Shown in pieces: positions 26,929 to 32,000 of a stretch of 32,000 nucleotides of DNA. Position 1 is the stretch's first letter, and each line of letters starts with the position of its first letter. The position numbers and the translations under genes were made by a program. The notes under the pieces were generated by a model, which was given only the letters and a program-made list of their open reading frames with translations, was not told the origin of the DNA and did not search any database. The stretch spans positions 1,149,876-1,181,875 of the forward strand of contig NZ_JBHSTI010000008.1 of the NCBI RefSeq assembly GCF_042660085.1, in the 5' to 3' direction. The stretch comes from Longivirga aurantiaca. GTDB taxonomy: Bacteria > Actinomycetota > Actinomycetes > S36-B12 > CAIYMF01.

Positions 26929-27524
26929 TGCGGCGCACCGCCCTCGCTCTCGTCACGGCCGTGACGCTCCTCGCCGGGTGCGGGTCGACCGTCGCCGTCT
27001 CGGCCGCCGACCCGGGGGCATCGGTGCGTGCGGGGGAGCTGCCCGTGGGCATCTCGCTCGCGGCCGACCCGCCGGTGTGCAGCCGCGCCGGCGAGAGCCA
27101 GCTCTGCCAGATCGGTGTGTGGTACCTCAACGGCACACCGGACGACGTCGCCATCGACGCCACCACCACCACGTTCCGGGACGGCGCCGGTGCCCGTCAC
27201 GACGGCGCGGCCGGCGGCCTTGCCGCCGAGCTGGCGATCCCGGCGGGCGGCCGGGCCAAGGTGCTGTGGTCGGTGAAGCTGCCGTACGGCGCAGTGCCCG
27301 CCGCGGTCGCGTGGGCAGCCCCGGACGGCAGCGTGGCCACGGCCCGGCTCGACGGCTCGAGCAGTCCGTCCGCCAGCCCGTCCGCATCGCCCTCGGAGAC
27401 CGCCACGCCGAGCGCATCACCGACTCCCACTCCCACGCCGACCGCGACGCCGAAGCCGAAGCCGACGAGCGCGCAGCCGCGGCCGTCGAGCACGCCGACG
27501 CAGCCGGGTGGCGCGATCGGCTGA
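26928..27524 (+). CDS. Lipoprotein with a Pro/Thr/Ser-rich C-terminal tail
   Basis: The ATG overlaps the upstream stop (TGATG at 26926-26930). It has a lipobox (TLLAGCGS), a globular part of about 130 aa, and then SPSASPSASPSETATPSASPTPTPTPTATPKPKPTS. It is the last 198 codons of the 1296-aa frame ORF. Confidence 0.75.
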   Translation: MRRTALALVTAVTLLAGCGSTVAVSAADPGASVRAGELPVGISLAADPPVCSRAGESQLCQIGVWYLNGTPDDVAIDATTTTFRDGAGARHDGAAGGLAAELAIPAGGRAKVLWSVKLPYGAVPAAVAWAAPDGSVATARLDGSSSPSASPSASPSETATPSASPTPTPTPTATPKPKPTSAQPRPSSTPTQPGGAIG

Positions 27525-27573
27525 CACCCGGTCGGAGCATGGTGCGGGGCACGGCGCTGCCGATGAACTACCC

Positions 27574-27867
27574 ATGCAGACGGTCGAGGACGGGCACCGC
27601 CCCGCGGCGTCCGAGTTCACCCCGCGCGGCCGCATCGTCATCACGGTGCTGCTCCTCGTGCTGCCGCTCGCCTGCCTCGCGCTCGCGCTGACCTCCGCGC
27701 CGGGCAGCGAGACCGCCTGGCTGCTCATCGCCGTGGCCAACCTCGTGCTGCCGGCCGTCATGCTGCCGCTGGTGTGGCGCGGCGCGTGGCGCGACCGGGC
27801 GAGCGTCGCCCGACGTGCGCTCGAATCCGCCGGCGCGCGCGACGCGCTCGTGTCGACGCGCTCCTGA
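27574..27867 (+). CDS. Small membrane protein (2 TM segments), hypothetical
   Basis: GC3 is high. The TM segments are IVITVLLLVLPLACLALAL and WLLIAVANLVLPAVMLPLVW. The start is uncertain: ATG at 27574, or GTG at 27508 overlapping the lipoprotein gene. Confidence 0.45.
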   Translation: MQTVEDGHRPAASEFTPRGRIVITVLLLVLPLACLALALTSAPGSETAWLLIAVANLVLPAVMLPLVWRGAWRDRASVARRALESAGARDALVSTRS

Positions 27868-27912
27868 CCTCCGTCGTCCCCTGGCACTGCCGGTTGCCGC
27901 CGCTGTCCGCGT

Positions 27913-27932
27913 ACAACTAACATTTCAGTTGT
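27913..27932. promoter_or_regulatory. Inverted repeat ACAACT-N8-AGTTGT with a TAACAT -10-like box, overlapping the GntR start codon
   Basis: acaact (27913-27918) and agttgt (27927-27932) are reverse complements of each other. TAACAT (27918-27923) fits TANNNT and lies 7 nt before the GTG at 27931. This is a local AT-rich island with no RBS. Confidence 0.4.
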
Positions 27933-28641
27933 GACCGACCGGCGGCTGCTCAAGGACGAGGCGTACGACGCCCTCCGCGCCGCGATCGTCGCCGGCGACC
28001 TCGAGCCCGGCGCCACGCTGTCGGACGCCGAGCTCGCCGACCGGCTCGGCGTGTCCCGCGCGCCGGTGCGGGCGGCGCTGGCACGGCTCGTCGACGACGG
28101 GCTCGTGGAGACCAAGCCGCAGAGCTTCACCCGCGTGACCCCGGTGGTCGACCGCGAGGTGCGCGACGCCGTGCAGGTGGTGCGCACCATGCACGAGCTG
28201 GTCGTCGGGCTGGCCGTGCCGCTCGTGACGCCCGCGGACCTCGCCGACATGGCGGTGGTCAACACCGCGTTCACCGAAGCCATCCGGGCAGGCGACGTCG
28301 ACGCCGCGCTCGAGGCCGACGACGCGTTCCACGACATCCCGGTGCGCGTCGCGCGGAACCGACCGGCTGCCGCCACGATCGAGCGGTTCACGCCGCTCGT
28401 CCGGCGCCTCGAGCGGGCGAGGTTCGGCGGACTGCCGGGCCACGAGTCGGTGCGCCTGCACGCGCGGCTGCTGCGCGCGTTCCGCGAGGGCGACGTCGCG
28501 CTCGCGGTGTCCACGACCACGCAGATCTGGGGCGCGCTCGAGCAGCAGCTCGACGTGCCCGCGGCCGGTGTCGCCACCACCGGCGCACGGCCCGCCCCCG
28601 AGACCACCCGGCGGCCACGCCGGGCCGCCACCCCCCGCTAG
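27931..28641 (+). CDS. GntR family transcriptional regulator (FadR/FCD-type C-terminal domain)
   Basis: The N-terminal wHTH is [50 protein letters not shown]. The C-terminal domain is helical. Confidence 0.9.
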   Translation: MTDRRLLKDEAYDALRAAIVAGDLEPGATLSDAELADRLGVSRAPVRAALARLVDDGLVETKPQSFTRVTPVVDREVRDAVQVVRTMHELVVGLAVPLVTPADLADMAVVNTAFTEAIRAGDVDAALEADDAFHDIPVRVARNRPAAATIERFTPLVRRLERARFGGLPGHESVRLHARLLRAFREGDVALAVSTTTQIWGALEQQLDVPAAGVATTGARPAPETTRRPRRAATPR

Positions 28642-28649
28642 GAGCGCCC

Positions 28650-29672
28650 GTGACCACGCTGCAGGACTTCCCGCGCCACCCGCTGCTGTTCGGCCCGTCG
28701 CCGGTGCACCGCCTCGACCGGCTCACCGCGCACCTGGGCGGCGCCGAGGTATGGGCCAAGCGCGAGGACGTCAACTCCGGCATCGCGTTCGGCGGCAACA
28801 AGACGCGCAAGCTCGAGTACCTCGTTGCCGACGCGATCGCGCAGGGCTGCGACACGCTCGTGTCGATCGGCGGGGTGCAGAGCAACCACACCCGGCAGGT
28901 CGCGGCGGTCGCCGCGCACGTCGGGATGAAGTGCGTGCTCGTGCAGGAGAGCTGGGTCGACTGGCCGGACTCGGTCTACGACAAGGTCGGCAACATCCTC
29001 ATCAGCCGGCTCGCCGGCGCCGACGTGCGGCTCGTGCAGAGCGAGTTCGGCATCGGCTTCAAGGAGTCGTGGGAGAACGCGCTCGCCGAGATCGAGGAGT
29101 CCGGCGGCAGGCCCTACGCGATCCCCGCCGGTGCGTCCGACCACCGCCTCGGCGGTCTCGGCTTCGCGGGCTGGGCGTACGAGCTGGCCGAGCAGGAGCG
29201 TGCGCTCGGCGTCTTCTTCGACACGGTCGTGGTCTGCTCGGTGACCGGATCGACCCAGGCCGGGATGGTCGCGGGCTTCCGCAGCCTCGAGCAGGACGGT
29301 GGCCGGGTACGCCGGGTGCTCGGCATCGACGGCAGCGCCAAGCCCGCCGAGACGCACGCGCAGGTCACCCGGATCGCCGCCTCCACCGCCGAGCTCATCG
29401 GCGTACGCGCCCCGATCACGGCCGCCGACGTCGAGCTCGACGACCGCTACCACGCCGGGATCTACGGAATCCCTGACACCCGGACGATCGACGCGATGAA
29501 GCTCGCGGCGCGCACCGAGGGCATGGTGACCGACCCCGTGTACGAGGGGAAGTCGATGGCCGCGGTGATCGACCTCGTGGGGCGCCGGGAGATCGACCCG
29601 TCGTCGAACGTGCTGTTCGCCCATCTCGGCGGGCAGCCGGCGCTCAACGGCTACAGCGCGATGTTCAGCTGA
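28650..29672 (+). CDS. acdS: 1-aminocyclopropane-1-carboxylate (ACC) deaminase
   Basis: It is near-colinear with my recollection of Pseudomonas AcdS. Shared segments include [88 protein letters not shown] and [10 protein letters not shown]. The GTG start follows AGGAG. Confidence 0.9.
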   Translation: MTTLQDFPRHPLLFGPSPVHRLDRLTAHLGGAEVWAKREDVNSGIAFGGNKTRKLEYLVADAIAQGCDTLVSIGGVQSNHTRQVAAVAAHVGMKCVLVQESWVDWPDSVYDKVGNILISRLAGADVRLVQSEFGIGFKESWENALAEIEESGGRPYAIPAGASDHRLGGLGFAGWAYELAEQERALGVFFDTVVVCSVTGSTQAGMVAGFRSLEQDGGRVRRVLGIDGSAKPAETHAQVTRIAASTAELIGVRAPITAADVELDDRYHAGIYGIPDTRTIDAMKLAARTEGMVTDPVYEGKSMAAVIDLVGRREIDPSSNVLFAHLGGQPALNGYSAMFS

Positions 29673-29689
29673 CGGGGCAGGATGGGGGC

Positions 29690-30325
29690 ATGAGCGATCA
29701 CGGGTCGTACTGGGAGGACGTGCACGCCGGCAAGGACCCGGGCGGCGTCTCGTGGTGGCAGGACGAGGACTCCGTGTGGGTCGACCTCGTCGAGCGCACC
29801 GGCGTCGACCGGCACGCCCACGTGGTCGACGTCGGCAGCGGGTCCTCGACCCTGCCCGATGCGCTCGTCGCCCGCGGCTTCACCGACCTGACGCTGGTCG
29901 ACCTGTCGCCCACGGCGCTCGCCCGGACCCGCGAGCGGCTGCGGGCGCACGTGCCCGACCTCGACAGCCGGCTGCGCACGGTGGTGGCCGACGTGCTCGA
30001 GCTCGAGCTGCGCCACCCGGCCGCGGTGTGGTTCGACCGCGCGGTGCTGCACTTCCTGACCGAGCCCGACGACGTGGCGGTGTACGCCGCCACGCTGCGC
30101 GCGAGCCTCGCGCCGGGCGGGTGCGCCGTGATCGCGACGTTCGCCCCGGACGGGCCCGAGCAGTGCAGCGGGCTGCCCGTCCGGAGGTACGACGCCGAGG
30201 GGCTCGTCGCAGCGCTCGAGGCGACGGACTGGGAGCGGGTGCTCGTCGAACGGCGGGTGCACCGCACGCCCTGGGGGAGCGAGCAGCCGTTCACCGTCGT
30301 CATCCTGCGGAGCCCGGCCGGCTGA
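29690..30325 (+). CDS. Class I SAM-dependent methyltransferase
   Basis: Motif I is VVDVGSGSSTL, with an acidic post-I residue (LVDLS). 211 aa. The RBS is gggg(g)c before the ATG. Confidence 0.85.
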   Translation: MSDHGSYWEDVHAGKDPGGVSWWQDEDSVWVDLVERTGVDRHAHVVDVGSGSSTLPDALVARGFTDLTLVDLSPTALARTRERLRAHVPDLDSRLRTVVADVLELELRHPAAVWFDRAVLHFLTEPDDVAVYAATLRASLAPGGCAVIATFAPDGPEQCSGLPVRRYDAEGLVAALEATDWERVLVERRVHRTPWGSEQPFTVVILRSPAG

Positions 30326-30457
30326 GCCCGTCGAACCCGCCTCGGTCCGGTCGCGACGTCACGACGCATCGGGCGCAGAGGCGCCGGTGCGGGGGCAGAT
30401 CCTCCGAGGTTCGCTCGTTCGGGGATCGTCACCCGTTCGGCCCAGCGCAGGACTACC

Positions 30458-31252
30458 GTGCACGCATCCGACCACCGGTGCCCCGAGCCGAGACGTCCCT
30501 CCCCGCTCGGGGCACCGGCGCGCGTGGCCGGGCAGGCGGGGGCCGAGGAGGTGCGGCTCGTGCTCGTGCTCGACGGTGGTGGCGAGCGCGTGCTCGTCTT
30601 CCTCCCCGGCTTCATGACCGCTGCCGAGTCGTACGTCGAGGTGCTCACCCCGGTCGCCGACGCGGGGGTGACCGTGCTGGTGCCGCAGCTGTACCGCCGC
30701 GGCGTCGGCGCGCTGGCGGGCCGGGTGCCGGTCAGCTCCGAGGCCTCGGCCGCCGCCGACCTCGTCCGGGTGACCGCGGCCGAGCGCGGCACCCCGCTCG
30801 TGCACCTCGGCGGCCACTCCCGGGGCGGTCAGGCCGCGTGGCGCGCAGCCGCGCTGCTCGCGGCGGAGGGTCTTCCCGCCGGGCTCGTCGTCATCGATCC
30901 CGTGGACGGCGCCGGCCGTCGTCCGACCGAGGCCGACGCCACCGCGGAGCCGGCCGCGTTCGACGTCCGCACGCTCGTGATCGGCGCCGGGCTCGGCGGC
31001 CGCTGCGCGCCGGAGGCGGTCAACCACGCGGTCTTCGCCGCGGCCGCACCCTTCGCCCAGCACGTCCTGGTCACCGGCATGGGTCACGTCGACCTGCTCG
31101 ACGACCGGCCGCGGGCGCTCGCCCGCCGGCTCTGCCCCGGTGGGCCGGACCCCGACAGCGCGCGCACGTCGGTGTCGGCCCTGCTCGTCGCGTTCCTCGC
31201 CGGGACGCCCCTGCCCGCGCTCGACGGCGCCGTCGAGGTGCTCCAGGCCTGA
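30458..31252 (+). CDS. Alpha/beta hydrolase (chlorophyllase/dienelactone-hydrolase-like)
   Basis: It has the nucleophile elbow GHSRGG, then VIDPVDG and GMGHVD. The start is uncertain: GTG at 30458, 30524 or 30551. Confidence 0.65.
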   Translation: MHASDHRCPEPRRPSPLGAPARVAGQAGAEEVRLVLVLDGGGERVLVFLPGFMTAAESYVEVLTPVADAGVTVLVPQLYRRGVGALAGRVPVSSEASAAADLVRVTAAERGTPLVHLGGHSRGGQAAWRAAALLAAEGLPAGLVVIDPVDGAGRRPTEADATAEPAAFDVRTLVIGAGLGGRCAPEAVNHAVFAAAAPFAQHVLVTGMGHVDLLDDRPRALARRLCPGGPDPDSARTSVSALLVAFLAGTPLPALDGAVEVLQA

Positions 31253-31336
31253 CCGCGCGGCACCGACCCGGCGCCATGGCGCGCATCGGCGTCGTGCGCC
31301 CCCTAGGTTGAAGCCACCATTCCGACGGGGAGGGGC

Positions 31337-32000
31337 GTGCATCCGGTGGAGCCCCGCAACCGCGCGTACAGCCCGCGCGGATCGCTCATGCTGTCGGCGC
31401 TCGACGTCCTCCCGGACGCGTCGATCATGGTCTTCGACACCGACCTCGTGTTCGTGGTCGTGCGCGGCGAGGCCCTGCTCGAGGCGGGGATGCAGCCGCA
31501 CGAGCTCGAGGAGCGGCCTGCGGCAGAGGCGCTCAACCCGTCCCGGTGGGCGTTCTACGAGCCGTTCTACCGCGCGGCGCTCGCCGGCGAGTCGTCGTCG
31601 CTCGAGGTGGGATCCCTGGCGGGCGACGGGCACCGGTACGTGGTCAACATCGGCCCGGTGCGCAACGACGCGGGCGACGTCATCGGCGGTGTGGCGATCG
31701 CCACGGACGTGTCCGACCACATGCGCCTGCGGGAGGCGCTCGAGGAGAGCGAGCACCGGTTCCGTCTTGTCGCCGAGAACTCCTCCGACGTCGTCCTGCG
31801 CGTGGACGACGACTGGGACATCGGCTGGGTGTCGCCGTCGGTGCGGGAGGTCCTCGGCTACGAGCCGGAGAAGATCCTGGGAGCTGGGCTGCCGGGGTTC
31901 CTCGTGCCGGAGTCCTGGGACTCGATCTCGGCGGCCTATGCCGCCTGGGACAAGAAGGAGCCCCTGCGGCACCTGCTGCAGGTGGTCGCGGCCGACGGCC
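31337..32000 (+). CDS. PAS-domain sensor protein, 5' partial (runs off the window)
   Basis: My own translation of this frame gives VHPVEPRNRAYSPRGSLMLSALDVLPDASIMVFDTDLVFVVVRGEALL...GHRYVVNIGPVRNDAGDVIGGVAIATDVSDHMRLREALEESEHRFRLVAENSSDVVLRVDDDWDIGWVSPSVREVLGYEPEKILG. That is one PAS fold, a coiled linker, and the start of a second PAS. The frame opens after the TAG at 31304-31306. Start candidates are the GTGs at 31337 and 31346, after GGGGAGGGG. The ORF is not in the supplied track because it has no stop within the window. Confidence 0.75.
   Translation, partial: MHPVEPRNRAYSPRGSLMLSALDVLPDASIMVFDTDLVFVVVRGEALLEAGMQPHELEERPAAEALNPSRWAFYEPFYRAALAGESSSLEVGSLAGDGHRYVVNIGPVRNDAGDVIGGVAIATDVSDHMRLREALEESEHRFRLVAENSSDVVLRVDDDWDIGWVSPSVREVLGYEPEKILGAGLPGFLVPESWDSISAAYAAWDKKEPLRHLLQVVAADG

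Noticed and set aside
31271-31282. A perfect 12-bp palindrome, GCGCCATGGCGC, lies between the hydrolase and PAS genes.
   Set aside because: It is short, has no loop, is GC-rich, and does not recur elsewhere in the window. There is too little evidence to call it an operator or terminator.
30359-31972. A 537-aa - strand ORF lies opposite the alpha/beta hydrolase and PAS genes.
   Set aside because: It is an Arg/Gly/Pro-rich shadow translation. The + strand frames give recognisable GHSRGG hydrolase and PAS sequences.

Overview
This is a very high-GC, densely coding chromosomal window of actinobacterial character. It shows GTG/TTG starts, GGAGG-type ribosome-binding sites (RBSs), ATGA/GTGA stop-start overlaps, and two regulator genes that look leaderless. 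I can support about 35 protein genes. In order they are: recQ; a VOC (glyoxalase-type) gene and a DUF4242 gene; a remnant of a ferredoxin-reductase-type gene; a DrrAB-like ABC exporter whose permease is a tandem fusion of two ABC-2 domains; a same-strand run of SPFH, 2TM, Hsp20 and P-type ATPase genes; a cysteine-less rhodanese; an NTF2-like membrane-anchored protein; a GlcD-like FAD oxidase; a lipoprotein esterase; a GyrI-like protein and a class I aldolase; a marR/membrane-protein/DUF6544-like operon divergent from a DUF305 lipoprotein; a DUF559 endonuclease-like gene; a ferric-reductase/FMN-binding/ApbE operon; a 1049-aa secreted protein built from eight Cys-pair beta-sandwich modules, with a translationally coupled lipoprotein and a small membrane protein; GntR-acdS; a methyltransferase; a chlorophyllase-like hydrolase; and the 5' part of a PAS sensor. 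I saw no rRNA, tRNA, CRISPR, transposase or integrase. The signal least explained by genes is an interspersed family of tandem repeats with a strict 62-bp period. Each unit has a 50-nt conserved core ending in the perfect palindrome TTACCCGGGTAA. The family occurs at four intergenic loci, all in one orientation. Two of the arrays bracket the DUF559 gene and supply the stop codons of the upstream genes. All calls rest on reading the ORF translations and the sequence by eye; no database search was possible.
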